Positions 9,644 through 21,281 of a stretch of DNA of 64,000 bases are shown one piece after another (the first letter of the stretch is position 1; every line of letters begins with the position of its first letter). The position numbers were made by a program, and so were the translations under genes. The DNA comes from Alphaproteobacteria bacterium (GTDB lineage: Bacteria > Pseudomonadota > Alphaproteobacteria > JAVJRE01). Location: positions 26,419-90,418 of the forward strand of contig JAVJRE010000005.1 of the NCBI GenBank assembly GCA_040218575.1. Reading direction: 5' to 3'. The notes below the pieces were generated by a model that saw only the letters and a list, made by a program, of their open reading frames with translations, searched no databases and had not been told where the DNA came from.

Positions 9644-10861
9644 ATGGATTACGACAGATTTTTCGCGGATTCAGTGGACGCCTTGCGCGCGGAAGGGCGT
9701 TATCGCGTCTTCGCCGACCTGGAACGGGTTGCCGGCCAGTTCCCTCGTGCCCGCCGCCATGTGAATGGCCAGGTGCAGACGGTGGATGTGTGGTGCAGCA
9801 ACGACTATCTGGGCATGGGCCAGCATCCGGCGGTGACCGGCGCCATGACCGAAGCGATTGCCGCCCACGGCGCCGGGGCCGGCGGTACCCGCAACATCTC
9901 CGGCACGGCCCATGTGCATGTGCAGCTTGAGGCGGAGCTGGCGGCCCTGCATAGCCGCGAGGCGGCGCTTATCTTCACCTCCGGCTATATCGCCAACGTC
10001 ACGACGCTCGGCACACTGGCGGCGCGCCTGCCGGCGGCGATCGTCTATTCCGACGGCTACAACCACAACTCACTGATCGAGGGGATGCGCTGGAGCCGGG
10101 TGGAAAAACGCATCTTCCGCCACAACGACGCCGCCCATCTGGACGCGCTGATGGCGGCAGACGATCCGGCCCGGCCAAAAATCGTCGTCTTTGAGTCGGT
10201 GTACTCCATGGATGGCGACATCGCCCCCATCGCCGATCTCTGTGATGTGGCGGACCGCCATGGCGCCTTGACTTATCTGGACGAAGTTCACGCGGTTGGC
10301 ATGTATGGCCCCGGCGGCGCCGGCGTGGCGGCACGCGACGGCGTCGGCCACAGGCCGGCCGTCATTCAGGGCACATTGGGCAAGGCCTTCGGCGTGGTTG
10401 GCGGCTATATCGCCGGCTCCGCCTCGCTGATCGATTTTGTGCGCAGCTTCGGCAACGCCTTTATCTTCACCACCGCTCTGCCACCGGCCATCGCCGCCGG
10501 GGCGCTTGCCGCGGTCCGACACCTGCGCAACAGCGATGTCGAACGTGAGCGCCATCAGGAACGCGCCACCACCGTGAAGCAGCGCCTGGCCGCGGCCGGC
10601 CTGCCGGTAATGAACTCCGCCAGCCATATCGTGCCGGTCATGGTCGGCGATGCTCGGCTGTGCAAGCTGGCCAGCGACCGTCTGCTGGATCATTTCGGCA
10701 TCTACGTTCAGCCGATCAACTATCCGACCGTCGCTCGCGGCACGGAACGTCTGCGCATTACGCCCACCCCCCTGCACGATGACGCGGCGGTGGACCGTCT
10801 GATCGCCGCCCTTGGCAGCGTCTGGGAAGACCTGAAGCTGGGCCGCAGCCAGGCGGCCTGA
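9644..10861 (+). CDS. hemA: 5-aminolevulinate synthase
   Basis: MDYDRFF...EGRYRVFADLER...WCSNDYLGMGQHP...ESVYSMDGD...TLGKAFG. 405 aa from the ATG at 9644; the upstream part of the ORF is non-homologous. Confidence 0.9.
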   Translation: MDYDRFFADSVDALRAEGRYRVFADLERVAGQFPRARRHVNGQVQTVDVWCSNDYLGMGQHPAVTGAMTEAIAAHGAGAGGTRNISGTAHVHVQLEAELAALHSREAALIFTSGYIANVTTLGTLAARLPAAIVYSDGYNHNSLIEGMRWSRVEKRIFRHNDAAHLDALMAADDPARPKIVVFESVYSMDGDIAPIADLCDVADRHGALTYLDEVHAVGMYGPGGAGVAARDGVGHRPAVIQGTLGKAFGVVGGYIAGSASLIDFVRSFGNAFIFTTALPPAIAAGALAAVRHLRNSDVERERHQERATTVKQRLAAAGLPVMNSASHIVPVMVGDARLCKLASDRLLDHFGIYVQPINYPTVARGTERLRITPTPLHDDAAVDRLIAALGSVWEDLKLGRSQAA

Positions 10862-10877
10862 CGCGGCCGCCTGCGGG

Positions 10878-11744
10878 CTAGTGCACCATCAGGACCGGTA
10901 CCGACGCGGTCTTGAGCACATGGCGGGTGACGCCGCCGAGTACCCGCTCGCTAATGCGCGAACGACCGTAACAGCCCATCACCAGCAGATCGCCGCCCTT
11001 CTCCCGCACCGCGTCCAGCAGGGCGGCGCCAACCGTCTTGCCTTCGGTCGGACAGGTGACCAGCTCCGGTTCGATGCCATGCTGGTTGAGGTAGTGGACC
11101 AGATCATCAACCGTCGTTCCGCGCATGCGCGGGTCCGCCGCGGTCAGCACATAGACCTTCTTGGCCTCGTGCATCAGGGGCATGGATTCCATGGCGGCGC
11201 GGGCCGCTTCCGGGCCCCCGTTCCAGGCCAGACAGATGGTATCGGCGCCGCTCACGGTGCGATCCGGCGGCACCAGCAATACCGGCCGTGCCGTATCAAA
11301 CATGGCCGCATCCAGAGTGACCGCCTGCTCCACATTGTCGGCGTCCGATGGCCAGGACATGACCACCACGTCCACCATGCGTCCGATACGGCGCACGACA
11401 ACCTCTTCGCGGCCGACCACTTCACGCCACGAGCAGGTGGCCCCGCCGCGGCCGCCCGGCCGCTCCACCATGTCGATGCCGGCGGCCTTGACCGCCTCGG
11501 TGAACCGCTTCTTCGCCTCGCGGGCGCGTTCGTCGCCTTCTTTCTCGGTCGCCGCCATGAGCTCCGTCACCAACGCGCCGGACGCTCCCTCGCTGATATA
11601 GGGCATGACATCGCGCGGGTCGGGCTTGATGTGCAGACCGGTCAGGTGGCCGGCGCTGCGCCGGGTCAGAGCGATGGCGGTCTGCAGCGCCGCCGGCTCT
11701 GCCGTGCCGCCGAGAAGAGGAATCAGAATGGCGCGATAGGTCAT
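10878..11744 (-). CDS. Universal stress protein, tandem UspA domains
   Basis: C-terminal LLVMGCYGRSRISERVLGGVTRHVLKTASVPVLMVH. ATG at 11744 preceded by AGGAG. Confidence 0.75.
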   Translation of the reverse strand: MTYRAILIPLLGGTAEPAALQTAIALTRRSAGHLTGLHIKPDPRDVMPYISEGASGALVTELMAATEKEGDERAREAKKRFTEAVKAAGIDMVERPGGRGGATCSWREVVGREEVVVRRIGRMVDVVVMSWPSDADNVEQAVTLDAAMFDTARPVLLVPPDRTVSGADTICLAWNGGPEAARAAMESMPLMHEAKKVYVLTAADPRMRGTTVDDLVHYLNQHGIEPELVTCPTEGKTVGAALLDAVREKGGDLLVMGCYGRSRISERVLGGVTRHVLKTASVPVLMVH

Positions 11745-11899
11745 GGTCACTGGCTCCTGCGTGATCGAACACCGCCATAGCGGGGCGGCACCCGGAGGAC
11801 GCAGTCTAGACCGACCGCGAGGGCGCTTCCACAACACGCGCCTGCGTCATAGTGGGCCGGACAACGGGCTCGCCGCCAGTTTGGCTGGCTGGCCGGCGA

Positions 11900-12865
11900 T
11901 CAGGCCAGGCGGGGTGGCGGCTCTTCCTCGCCTTCCGGGTCCTCATGGATCAGAACCTCAGCCGTGGGAAAGGCGGCGATGATCTCCGCTTCCACCTCGT
12001 CGGCGATCTGGTGGGCCCGGCGCAGGCTCATGTCGCCGTCCATTTCCAGGTGCATCTGGATGAATACCGTAGGACCGGACAGGCGCGTGCGGAGATCATG
12101 CAAAGAGCCTACTTCCGCATGAGCGAGGGCAATGGCGCGGATACGCTGGCGGTCGCCTTCCGGCATTTCGCGGTCCATCAGCATGAGAATGGCGTCACGG
12201 GCGATAGTGCGGGCACTCCACAGGATGAATAGCGCAATCGCGCCGCCAACAACGCTGTCGACCCACAACTGGCCGGTTGCCCCGACCGCCAGGATGGCGA
12301 CGATGACGCCGGTATTGACCAGAACGTCCGAGGTGTAGTGAACGGAATCGCCCCTGACCGCCAGTGATGCGGTCTGGCGCACCACATGCCGCTGAAAGAG
12401 GACCAGGGCGATGGTCAGCACGATGGATACCACCATGACGCCGATGGCGATGGCGCCGTTCGGCAGAGGCTGTGGGTTGGCCAGCCGCTGCACCGCCTCA
12501 AACATCAGATAGACGGCCGAGCCGGAGATAAAGATGGCCTGGCCAAGGCCGGCAATGGCTTCCGCCTTGCCATGGCCGAAACGGAACTTGCGGCTGGGCG
12601 GCTTCAGTGCATGGCGCACGGCCAGGAGATTGAGCAGCGAAGCGCCGGCATCGAGCAGCGAATCCACCGCCGTTGACAGGACGGCCACCGAATCCGTCAG
12701 CCACCAGGCCCACGCCTTGATGGCCACCAGGCTCACCGCCAGCGCCACCGCACTGGCGGTGACCAGACGCAACAGACGGGCCTCGCGCGGGCCATGTGGC
12801 GCCTGTGCGGCAATCCGCGCATCGCTGGCCTGGTCAGTGGCGACCGTGTCGTCCGGCGCCATCAC
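11900..12865 (-). CDS. Cation diffusion facilitator (CDF) family metal efflux transporter
   Basis: About six hydrophobic helices, then a cytoplasmic domain (HDLRTR...[29 protein letters not shown]) typical of FieF/CzcD-like CDFs. ATG overlaps the pdxH stop. Confidence 0.8.
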   Translation of the reverse strand: MMAPDDTVATDQASDARIAAQAPHGPREARLLRLVTASAVALAVSLVAIKAWAWWLTDSVAVLSTAVDSLLDAGASLLNLLAVRHALKPPSRKFRFGHGKAEAIAGLGQAIFISGSAVYLMFEAVQRLANPQPLPNGAIAIGVMVVSIVLTIALVLFQRHVVRQTASLAVRGDSVHYTSDVLVNTGVIVAILAVGATGQLWVDSVVGGAIALFILWSARTIARDAILMLMDREMPEGDRQRIRAIALAHAEVGSLHDLRTRLSGPTVFIQMHLEMDGDMSLRRAHQIADEVEAEIIAAFPTAEVLIHEDPEGEEEPPPRLA

Positions 12866-13518
12866 GGATACAGCCGGTACTGCCGCCAGCCATCACCCGC
12901 CGCCTCGAACACCAGGCGGTCATGCAGGCGGAAAGGCATGTCCTGCCAGAACTCCAGCCGGTGGGGCACCACGCGGTAGCCGTGCCAGTGGTCCGGTCGC
13001 GGCACGGTGCCTATGGCATGACGTGCCGTGGCCTGGGCGACGCGCTTGACCAGGGTGGCGCGACCCGGCAGCGGGCGCGACTGGTCCGACGCCCATGCGC
13101 CGATCTGGCTGCCGCGCGGCCGGCCGGCGAAATAGGCATCCGCCTCTTCGTCAGCCACTCTTTCCACACGGCCGTCAATACGCACCTGGCGTTTGAGACC
13201 CTGCCAGTGAAAGCACAGGGAAGCGACAGGGTTGGCGGCCAGCTCCTGCCCCTTGCGGCTGTCGGTGTTGGAGTAGAAGACGAAGCCACGGGCATCGGCC
13301 TCTTTGAGGAGCACCATACGGACAGCGGGGACACCATCCGGCGAGGCGGTGGCCAGCGCCATGGCATCATAGAATCGCCCCTCGTGCTGCCGCGCCTCGG
13401 CATACCAGCGGTGAAACAGGTCCAGCGGCGAATCCCCTTCGGGCACCAGCGCGGGCTCGTCAGGCACGCCAGCCTGGGCCTGAGCTGCTGTCTGGTCGGT
13501 CACGCTGTCCCTGGCCAT
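12862..13518 (-). CDS. pdxH: Pyridoxamine 5'-phosphate oxidase
   Basis: [40 protein letters not shown] and C-terminal [16 protein letters not shown]...YRLYP. Start chosen at M113 of the track ORF, giving 218 aa; alternative starts at 13569/13578 are possible. Confidence 0.85.
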   Translation of the reverse strand: MARDSVTDQTAAQAQAGVPDEPALVPEGDSPLDLFHRWYAEARQHEGRFYDAMALATASPDGVPAVRMVLLKEADARGFVFYSNTDSRKGQELAANPVASLCFHWQGLKRQVRIDGRVERVADEEADAYFAGRPRGSQIGAWASDQSRPLPGRATLVKRVAQATARHAIGTVPRPDHWHGYRVVPHRLEFWQDMPFRLHDRLVFEAAGDGWRQYRLYP

Positions 13519-13662
13519 CCGTCTTACGTCCACCGTCGCCTGTGCTGTCTGGGCATCCACCGGCACCATCCAATCCATGCCACAGCGGCGGCCGGCGCGC
13601 CACCGCCCTGGCGCCGGCGGAACGGCGCGACGCTGCCGACCGGCGCGGCAGGGCGCTGGAGA

Positions 13663-13692
13663 TTGGCCGCTTCCGGCCACAGGTGGTATAGA
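13663..13692 (+). promoter_or_regulatory. Candidate sigma-70 promoter for fabI (TTGGCC-N18-TATAGA with extended -10 TGG)
   Basis: TTGGCC at 13663-13668 and TGGTATAGA at 13684-13692, about 40 nt upstream of the fabI ATG, in the pdxH/fabI divergent spacer. Confidence 0.35.
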
Positions 13693-13729
13693 ATTGGACC
13701 ACCGTCCGCCGCACCGCATGAGGCAGATC

Positions 13730-14569
13730 ATGACAGACGTTCCGGGCCTCATGCGCGGCAAGCGCGGACTGGTCATGGGTATCGCCAACGACCGGTCCAT
13801 CGCATGGGGCATCGCCCAGGCGGTGGCCCAGGCCGGCGGCGAGCTGGCCCTCACCTATCAGGGCGACGCCCTGGAAAAACGCATCCGCCCGCTGGCCGAA
13901 AAGGCCGGCGCCAAACTGGTGCTGCCGTGCGACGTGACCGACCCGGCCAGTCTGGACAGTGTCTTTGCCACCCTGCAGCAGGAGTGGGGCGGGCTCGATT
14001 TCCTGGTCCACGCCATCGCCTATTCCGACAAGGCAGAGCTGACCGGCCGCTACGTGGACACCAGCCGCGAGAACTTTCTGCGGACGCTGGATATCTCCTG
14101 CTATTCGTTCACTGAAGTGTGCCGACGGGCGGCCGCCATCATGACCGGCGGCGGCAGCCTGCTGACCCTGTCCTATTATGGCGCCGAACGGGTCATGCCC
14201 CATTACAATGTTATGGGCGTGGCCAAGGCGGCACTGGAAGCCAGCGTGCGCTATATCGCCGCCGATCTTGGCGCCCGTGGTATCCGCGTCAACGCCATCT
14301 CCGCCGGGCCCATCAAGACGCTTGCCGCATCAGGCATCGGCGACTTCCGCTATATCCTGAAGTGGAACCAGTTCAATGCCCCGCTGCGCCGCAACGTGAC
14401 TATCGAGGAAGTCGGTGCGTCGGGCCTGTACCTGCTGAGCGACATGGGGCGATCAGTCACCGGTGAGGTGCACCACGTTGACGCCGGCTATCATGTGGTC
14501 GGCATGGTGTCGGTTGACGCCGCCGCCGACGTGGCGGACCTGTTGAGCGGCCTGAAGCCCGAAACCTGA
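13730..14569 (+). CDS. fabI: Enoyl-[acyl-carrier-protein] reductase (NADH)
   Basis: [25 protein letters not shown]-terminus, [22 protein letters not shown] catalytic [20 protein letters not shown] lies 6 nt before the ATG at 13730. Confidence 0.9.
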   Translation: MTDVPGLMRGKRGLVMGIANDRSIAWGIAQAVAQAGGELALTYQGDALEKRIRPLAEKAGAKLVLPCDVTDPASLDSVFATLQQEWGGLDFLVHAIAYSDKAELTGRYVDTSRENFLRTLDISCYSFTEVCRRAAAIMTGGGSLLTLSYYGAERVMPHYNVMGVAKAALEASVRYIAADLGARGIRVNAISAGPIKTLAASGIGDFRYILKWNQFNAPLRRNVTIEEVGASGLYLLSDMGRSVTGEVHHVDAGYHVVGMVSVDAAADVADLLSGLKPET

Positions 14570-14587
14570 TTTTCCGGAGCGCAACCC

Positions 14588-15688
14588 ATGGCCGGCAACA
14601 GCTTCGGCACTCTGTTCCGTTTCACCACCTGGGGCGAAAGCCACGGGCCGGCAATCGGTTGTGTGGTGGATGGTGTGCCGTCACGTATTCCCCTGACGGA
14701 AGACGATATCCAGCCCTGGCTCGACCGGCGGCGGCCCGGACAGTCCCGTCACACCACCCAGCGGCGCGAAGCGGATCAGGTGAAAATCCTGTCCGGCGTG
14801 TTCGAGGGCCAGACCACCGGCACGCCCATTTCGCTGCTGATCGAGAATACCGACGCCCGTAGCAAGGACTATGGAGTGATCGCCCAGCAGTACCGACCGG
14901 GCCACGCCGACTACGCCTATGATGCCAAATACGGCATTCGCGACTGGCGCGGCGGCGGTCGCGCCAGCGCGCGCGAGACCGCCAGCCGGGTCGCCGCCGG
15001 CGCCATTGCACGACTGGTTCTGGCCCATGTGTTGGGTGCGGACGCCGCGATCCGCGGTGCGCTGGTGCAGATCGGACCACACGCCATTGACCGCACCCGG
15101 TGGGACTGGGACCAGGTGGACGAGAACCCGTTTTTCTCTCCCGATGCCACAAGTGTGGAGCCCTGGGAGTCCTATCTCGACACGGTCCGCAAGGACGGAT
15201 CCTCGGCCGGTGCGGTTGTCGAGGTGGTGGCATCGGGCATTCCGGCCGGGCTGGGTGAGCCGATCTATGACAAGCTTGACGGCGACCTGGCCCGCGCCTT
15301 CATGACCATCAATGCGGTCAAGGGGGTGGAGATCGGCAACGGCTTCGCTGCCGCCGCCGCGCGCGGCGAGGACAATGCCGACGAAATGCGCCGGTCCGGC
15401 AACGCCGTGACCTTCCTGTCCAACAATAATGGTGGCGTGCTGGGTGGTATTTCAACCGGCCAGGACATTGTCGCGCGCTTTGCCGTCAAGCCGACCAGCT
15501 CGATCCGCATTCCCCGGCGCAGCGTGGATTCGGCAGGCAACGAGGTGGAGGTCAGCACCACCGGCCGGCACGATCCGTGCGTCGGCATCCGCGCCGTGCC
15601 GGTCGGCGAGGCGATGATGGCCTGCGTTCTGGCCGACCATGCGTTGCGACAGCGGGCCCTGACCGGCGGTATGGCGCCCGGCGGCTGA
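14588..15688 (+). CDS. aroC: Chorismate synthase
   Basis: [29 protein letters not shown]...RPGHADY...[10 protein letters not shown]...GRHDPCV. Confidence 0.95.
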   Translation: MAGNSFGTLFRFTTWGESHGPAIGCVVDGVPSRIPLTEDDIQPWLDRRRPGQSRHTTQRREADQVKILSGVFEGQTTGTPISLLIENTDARSKDYGVIAQQYRPGHADYAYDAKYGIRDWRGGGRASARETASRVAAGAIARLVLAHVLGADAAIRGALVQIGPHAIDRTRWDWDQVDENPFFSPDATSVEPWESYLDTVRKDGSSAGAVVEVVASGIPAGLGEPIYDKLDGDLARAFMTINAVKGVEIGNGFAAAAARGEDNADEMRRSGNAVTFLSNNNGGVLGGISTGQDIVARFAVKPTSSIRIPRRSVDSAGNEVEVSTTGRHDPCVGIRAVPVGEAMMACVLADHALRQRALTGGMAPGG

Positions 15689-15711
15689 GCAGAAATGCGC
15701 GAAGCCCCCCG

Positions 15712-17499
15712 ATGAGCCTGCTGCGACGCCTGACCCTGCTGGTCCTGCTGCTGTCCGGTGGGCTGACGACGCTGTTTGTCTGTGGCCTTCTTCTGCTGCT
15801 GGCGGCCAGCCTGTGGCAGATCGTGCCGGAACCCCTGCCGGACCGGTTTATCCTGACCGTGGACCTGCGCGACGGTGTGGCGGAACAGCCGGCCCTTGCC
15901 GGCCTGCCCGGCGGCGGCGAGATATCGTTGATCCACATGGTGCTGGCGCTGGAAGCGGCGGCCGACGATCCGCGGGTGACGGGCCTGTTCGCCATCGGCG
16001 GCGGGACGCAACTGGGCCCAGCCCAGGTGGACGAACTGCGCGAAGCGGTCCTGCGCTTTCGCCGCAGTGGCAAGCCCACCGCCCTGCACGCAGAGAGTTT
16101 CGAGACTAACGGCACCCGCGGCTATACCCTGGCCACCGCCTTTGACGAGATATGGATGCAGCCATCGGGCATGGTGGCCATCACCGGGTTCCGGCTGGAG
16201 CAGATCTTTGTTCAGGGGGCGCTGGCGTGGGCCGGCCTGAAGGGCGATTTCATCACGCCCAATTCCTATAAGGGCGGCGCGGAGAGTCTGACGCGGTCAG
16301 ATTTCAGCATATTGGTGCGCATCAATCTGGAGCGGTTCGTGCAATCAGATCTGGCCCACGCGTCAGGCCAGATAGCCAGCGCGCGACGGATTGCCCCGTC
16401 GCGATTGGAATCCCTGATCGGCCGCGCGCCGGTGATCGCCAGCAACGCCAACGTCCACAACCTGGTGGACCGTCTCGGCTATCGCGATCAGGCCCTTGGC
16501 GCCCTGCACCGCCGAACCGACGGCCCGCAAACGGCGGCAGAGGTGGAGACGGGGGCGGCGTTCGGCACCGTGCCAACGGTGACCCTTGATGCCTATGCCT
16601 CACACCTTGAGGCGGATAGTGAGGCGGCGGACATCGCGCTGATCCGCGTCGTCGGACCCATCGTCGCCGGAAGCAGCGGCGACGGGCTGAACGGGACGTG
16701 GAGCGGCGCCGACACGATCATCAATGCGCTGGAGACCGCCGCCGCCAACGATGCCATGCGCGCCATCATTGTCCGCATCGACAGTCCCGGCGGTTCCTAT
16801 TCGGCGTCCGACGCCATCTGGCACGCCATGCGCCAGGCCGCCCGGACCAAGCCGGTGGTCGTTTCCATGGCCGATACCGCCGCATCGGGCGGCTATTTCA
16901 TCGCCCTCGGCGCCGACCACGTCATTGCCAATCCGGCGACGCTGACGGGCTCCATCGGCATCTTTGCCGGCAAGATTCATGACGATGGTCTGGGGCCGGC
17001 CCTGGGGCTCACTATCGACGGCGTGCAGGCCGGCACCAACGCCGACCTGTGGAGTCCGGCCCAGGCCTTCACGCTGGAGGGGCGGCAACGGATTTCGGAG
17101 TTTCTGTCACAAGCCTATGACGATTTCACGGACAAGCTGATTGCCGCCCGCCACATTGATCCCGAAGAGGTGCGGAGCATCGCCGACGGCCGCATCTGGA
17201 CCGGACTGGACGCCCGCCGCCATGGCCTGGTGGACGCGCTGGGCGGCATACACGAAGCGATGACCGCCGCCCGACGGCTGGCAGGACTACCTGCGTCCGG
17301 CACCCTGCGTCTGGTCGATGTGCCGCCACCCGCGACGCCGCTGCAGGCGCTGCTGAGCCTGCTGGACAGGGGCAGCAGCCCGTTCGGCCTGCTGCGCGCC
17401 GCCGTGCTGCAAACGCTGGGCCTGCCGTCCCTGCCGGCGGCGACCCAGCCTGCCGGCGAGCGTCTGCTGGCGGCGCCGGCGTTTCGCCGCGTGGGCTGA
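15712..17499 (+). CDS. sppA: Signal peptide peptidase SppA, 67K type
   Basis: N-terminal TM segment (MSLLRRLTLLVLLLSGG), two ClpP-fold repeats, and the second-repeat motif DSPGGSYSASD...ASGGYFIA...TGSIGIF. Confidence 0.8.
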   Translation: MSLLRRLTLLVLLLSGGLTTLFVCGLLLLLAASLWQIVPEPLPDRFILTVDLRDGVAEQPALAGLPGGGEISLIHMVLALEAAADDPRVTGLFAIGGGTQLGPAQVDELREAVLRFRRSGKPTALHAESFETNGTRGYTLATAFDEIWMQPSGMVAITGFRLEQIFVQGALAWAGLKGDFITPNSYKGGAESLTRSDFSILVRINLERFVQSDLAHASGQIASARRIAPSRLESLIGRAPVIASNANVHNLVDRLGYRDQALGALHRRTDGPQTAAEVETGAAFGTVPTVTLDAYASHLEADSEAADIALIRVVGPIVAGSSGDGLNGTWSGADTIINALETAAANDAMRAIIVRIDSPGGSYSASDAIWHAMRQAARTKPVVVSMADTAASGGYFIALGADHVIANPATLTGSIGIFAGKIHDDGLGPALGLTIDGVQAGTNADLWSPAQAFTLEGRQRISEFLSQAYDDFTDKLIAARHIDPEEVRSIADGRIWTGLDARRHGLVDALGGIHEAMTAARRLAGLPASGTLRLVDVPPPATPLQALLSLLDRGSSPFGLLRAAVLQTLGLPSLPAATQPAGERLLAAPAFRRVG

Positions 17500-18273
17500 C
17501 TAAGCAGCGGATGCGGCCTTGCGGGCCGCCACCAGGAACTCACGATTGCCGTCGGCGCCAGTCACCGGGCTGGCCATGACGCCGATCACCGCCCAGCCCA
17601 TGTCCTGCTCCAGCCAGGTACACAGGCGCGCTTTGACCTCTTCATGCAGCGCCGGGTCGCGGACGATTCCGCCCTTGCCCACACGGCCTGGGCCGACCTC
17701 GAACTGCGGCTTGATGAGGGCCACCAGCAGCGCCCCCGGGGCGGCCAGCGCCAGCGCCACCGGCAGCGCCACCTGCAATCCGATAAAGCTGAGGTCGGCG
17801 GTGATGACCTGCGGCGGAGAGCTCAGACTGTCGGCCGTCAGGTCGCGGACGTGGGTCCGGTCATGGACGATGACCCGGGCGTCCTGGCGCAGCCGCCAGT
17901 GGAGCTGGCCATAGCCCACGTCCACCGCATGCACGCAAGCCGCACCACGGGCCAGCAGAACATCGGTGAAGCCGCCGGTGGAGGCGCCAAGATCCAGGGC
18001 CACGCAGCCGTTCACATTGAGCGCAAAATGATCGAGCGCGGCAGCCAGCTTAAGGCCACCGCGCGACGCCCAGGGGTGGTCCGGCCGGGCCAGCCGGATG
18101 TCGGCATCCGGCGCCACCGGCGTACCGGGCTTATCAACCCGGCGCTCGCCCACATGCACCTTTCCGGCCATGATAAGCGACCGCGCGCGGCTTCGGCTTT
18201 CGGCCAGACCGCGCGCGACGACGCATTCGTCGAGCCTGATTTTCTGTGGGCGTGGCGCCGGACGGTCGGCCAT
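17500..18273 (-). CDS. tlyA: TlyA-family rRNA (cytidine-2'-O)-methyltransferase
   Basis: S4-like N-terminus (RLDECVVARGLAESRSRARSLIMAGKV) plus FtsJ fold (ALDLGASTGGFTDVLL). Its stop codon abuts the sppA stop codon with no spacer. Confidence 0.85.
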   Translation of the reverse strand: MADRPAPRPQKIRLDECVVARGLAESRSRARSLIMAGKVHVGERRVDKPGTPVAPDADIRLARPDHPWASRGGLKLAAALDHFALNVNGCVALDLGASTGGFTDVLLARGAACVHAVDVGYGQLHWRLRQDARVIVHDRTHVRDLTADSLSSPPQVITADLSFIGLQVALPVALALAAPGALLVALIKPQFEVGPGRVGKGGIVRDPALHEEVKARLCTWLEQDMGWAVIGVMASPVTGADGNREFLVAARKAASAA

Positions 18274-18303
18274 CGCTGAACGACGTTGGCTCAGGCGGCG
18301 CGG

Positions 18304-20259
18304 TCAGGCACGGACCGGACCGTCCCGCGACGCCACATCGAAGCCCGTGTCATTGCGGCCAAGAGCGGCCAGCGCCGCGACGGTGATGTGGTGCGCCGTA
18401 AGGCCGGCCTGATCATATTGGACATCGGGCGAATCATGATCGATGAAGCGGTCCGGCAAGGTCAGCGGTCGCACCTTCAGGCCGCGGTCGAGCAGACCAT
18501 CCTCCGCCAGGAACTGCAGCACATGGGCCTGAAAGCCGCCGACCGCGCCTTCCTCTATGGTGATCAGAACCTCGTGCTCCGTGGCCAGCCGCCGGATCAG
18601 ATCATGGTCCAGCGGCTTGGCGAAGCGAGCGTCGGCGACGGTGGCGGAGAGACCGCGGGCGGCCAGCGCGTCCGCCGCCTTCAGGCATTCCTGCAGGCGG
18701 CCGCCAAGGCTGAGCAGGGCGACGGCCGAGCCTTCGCGCAGAACCCGGCCACGACCAATCTCCAGCGGCTCCGGATCGCTGTCCATGGCGACGCCGACGC
18801 CGTTGCCACGGGGGTAACGGAAGGCCGACGGGCGGTCATCAATCACCGCCGCCGTCGCCACCATCGCCGCCAGCTCCGCTTCATCAGATGGCGCCATGAC
18901 CACAAACCCGGGCAGGCAGGTGAGATAGGCCAGGTCAAAGGCGCCCGCATGGGTGGCGCCATCGGCCCCGACCAGGCCGGCACGGTCTATGGCGAAACGC
19001 ACCGGCAGGCTCTGGATCGCCACGTCGTGCACCACCTGATCATAGGCCCGCTGCAGGAAGGTGGAGTAGATGGCGGCGAAAGGCTTGAACCCCTCCGTCG
19101 CCATGCCGGCGGCAAAGGTGACGGCGTGCTGTTCAGCGATGCCCACATCGAAGCAGCGATCGGGAAAACGCCTGGCGAAGCGATCAAGCCCGGTGCCCGA
19201 TGGCATGGCGGCCGTGATGGCGACGATATTGCTGTCACGCTCTGCCTGATGGATCAGGGCGTCGGCGAAAACGCTGGTGTAGCTGGGCGGGGTGGCGTCG
19301 CCGCCGGCCGGCCTGGCGGCATCCGGCTTGCCGGTGACCACATTGAAGCGGGACACACCGTGAAACTTGTCCGGTGACTCCTCGGCCGGGCCATAACCCT
19401 TGCCCTTCTGGGTCACCACATGGAGCAACACCGGGCCCGGTTCGCGATCATCACGGATGTTTTTCAGGACCGGCAGCAGGTGGTCCAGATTGTGGCCGTC
19501 GACCGGACCCACATAGTAGAAACCCAGCTCCTCAAACAGAGTGCCGCCGGTGACCAGACCGCGGGCGTATTCTTCCGCCCGCTGTGCCGCCGTGCGGGCG
19601 AAACGCGGAAAACGCCGGGTCATGTCCTTCGCCATGTGGCGCAGCGAACGATAGGGCCGCGATGAGATCAGGCGTGAGAGATAGGCGCTCATGGCGCCAA
19701 CCGGCGGCGCTATGGACATGTCATTGTCGTTGAGAATGACGATCAGCCGGGAATCGCTGGAGCCGGCATTGTTCATGGCCTCATAGGCCATGCCCGCACT
19801 CATGGCGCCATCTCCGATGACGCACACCACGTTGCGGCGGTCACCCTTGAGATCGCGCGCCACCGCCATGCCGAGACCGGCCGAGATTGAGGTCGAGCTG
19901 TGCGCCGCACCGAACGGGTCGTAAGCGCTTTCGCTGCGCCGGGTGAAGCCGGACAACCCGCCACCTTTGCGCAAGGTGCGGATACGGTCACGCCGGCCTG
20001 TGAGAATCTTGTGGGGGTAGGCCTGGTGCCCCACATCCCAGATCAGCCGGTCGTCCGGCGTGTCGAAGACATGGTGCAGGGCAACCGTCAGTTCAACCAC
20101 GCCGAGGCCAGCGCCAAGGTGACCGCCAGTGACCGACACCGCCTCCACCAGTTCCGTGCGCAGCTCCGCCGCAACCTGGCGCAACTCCTCCACATCCAGC
20201 CCGCGTAAATCACGCGGCTGATGGATACGGTCAAGGAGCGGCGTCTTGCTGTCAGTCAT
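18304..20259 (-). CDS. dxs: 1-deoxy-D-xylulose-5-phosphate synthase
   Basis: 651 aa: [56 protein letters not shown]. Confidence 0.95.
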   Translation of the reverse strand: MTDSKTPLLDRIHQPRDLRGLDVEELRQVAAELRTELVEAVSVTGGHLGAGLGVVELTVALHHVFDTPDDRLIWDVGHQAYPHKILTGRRDRIRTLRKGGGLSGFTRRSESAYDPFGAAHSSTSISAGLGMAVARDLKGDRRNVVCVIGDGAMSAGMAYEAMNNAGSSDSRLIVILNDNDMSIAPPVGAMSAYLSRLISSRPYRSLRHMAKDMTRRFPRFARTAAQRAEEYARGLVTGGTLFEELGFYYVGPVDGHNLDHLLPVLKNIRDDREPGPVLLHVVTQKGKGYGPAEESPDKFHGVSRFNVVTGKPDAARPAGGDATPPSYTSVFADALIHQAERDSNIVAITAAMPSGTGLDRFARRFPDRCFDVGIAEQHAVTFAAGMATEGFKPFAAIYSTFLQRAYDQVVHDVAIQSLPVRFAIDRAGLVGADGATHAGAFDLAYLTCLPGFVVMAPSDEAELAAMVATAAVIDDRPSAFRYPRGNGVGVAMDSDPEPLEIGRGRVLREGSAVALLSLGGRLQECLKAADALAARGLSATVADARFAKPLDHDLIRRLATEHEVLITIEEGAVGGFQAHVLQFLAEDGLLDRGLKVRPLTLPDRFIDHDSPDVQYDQAGLTAHHITVAALAALGRNDTGFDVASRDGPVRA

Positions 20260-20330
20260 GAGCGATCAGGTGGAAGTGGCAAACAAGCTTGGCAAACGGA
20301 CGCGCGTTATGCCGATCGGGTGGCCGGTCT

Positions 20331-21281
20331 TTAACTTTGCCGCAGCACCGCAAAGCGCGCGGCGGATCGCAGAAGGTCGGCCTTCTGGCCAAACAAATCA
20401 AGGCACTCGCCGGCGCGGGTCGCCGCCTGCCAGGCCTCTTCACGGGCCGCCGCCACACCCCGCTGCCCGGCCAGGGTGGCCTTGCCAAGAGCCCGGTCGC
20501 GACCCAGCGGCTTGCCGACCGCCAGCGGATCGCCTTCCACATCAAGCAGGTCATCCGCGATCTGGAAGGCCCAGCCCAGCCACCGACCATAGTCCATAAG
20601 CGCCTGGAGCTGGGCCGCCGGCGCCGCAGCCAGCATGGCGCCAACGGCGGCCGACCAGGCCAGAAGGGCGCCGGTCTTCATATCCTGCAACCGGCGGAGG
20701 TCCGTCGCGTCCGTCACCGTTTCAGCCGCACGCAGATCAAGCATCTGGCCGCCGGCCATGCCGGCAAGGCCGGATGCGGCGGTGAGCCGGGCGATCAGGT
20801 CCACCCGCACCGCCGGATCAGGGTGCGTCGCCGGGTCGGCAAGGACGGCAAACGCCTCCGTCAGCAGAGCATCGCCGGCCAGAATGGCGGTTGCCTCGTC
20901 GAAAGCGAGATGCAGGGCGGGCCGGCCACGCCGGGTACTGGCATCGTCCATGGCCGGCAGATCGTCATGCACCAGAGCATAGGCATGCAGCATCTCAACC
21001 GCCGCGGCGACGCGCAAAGAACGGTCGGCCGGCACCTGCAGCATAGTGCCGCCGGCGATAACCAGAAACGCCCGCAATCGCTTGCCGCCGGCCAGGGCGG
21101 CCTGGCGCATGGCCGCCGCCAGGCGCGCCTCGCCGCCGGCCGGCGCCGGCAGCAGGCGGTCCAGCGCCTCAGCAACCTGTGCGGCGGCGGCGGCCAGGGC
21201 CGCGGCAAAAACCTCATCCGCCGGCTGCCCGGCCGCGCTGCCCACAGCGCTGAGCGGACGATTGGCGGACGGTGGGGTCAC
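20331..21281 (-). CDS. ispA: Polyprenyl (farnesyl/geranyl) diphosphate synthase
   Basis: First DDxxD region LVHDDLPAMDD and second FQIADDLLD. Sits in the conserved xseB-ispA-dxs order. Confidence 0.9.
   Translation of the reverse strand: MTPPSANRPLSAVGSAAGQPADEVFAAALAAAAAQVAEALDRLLPAPAGGEARLAAAMRQAALAGGKRLRAFLVIAGGTMLQVPADRSLRVAAAVEMLHAYALVHDDLPAMDDASTRRGRPALHLAFDEATAILAGDALLTEAFAVLADPATHPDPAVRVDLIARLTAASGLAGMAGGQMLDLRAAETVTDATDLRRLQDMKTGALLAWSAAVGAMLAAAPAAQLQALMDYGRWLGWAFQIADDLLDVEGDPLAVGKPLGRDRALGKATLAGQRGVAAAREEAWQAATRAGECLDLFGQKADLLRSAARFAVLRQS

Noticed and set aside
12796-14203. 439-aa plus-strand and 247-aa minus-strand ORFs spanning the pdxH/fabI region
   Set aside because: They overlap pdxH or fabI on the opposite strand, are rich in Arg/Pro/Gly, and have no motifs.
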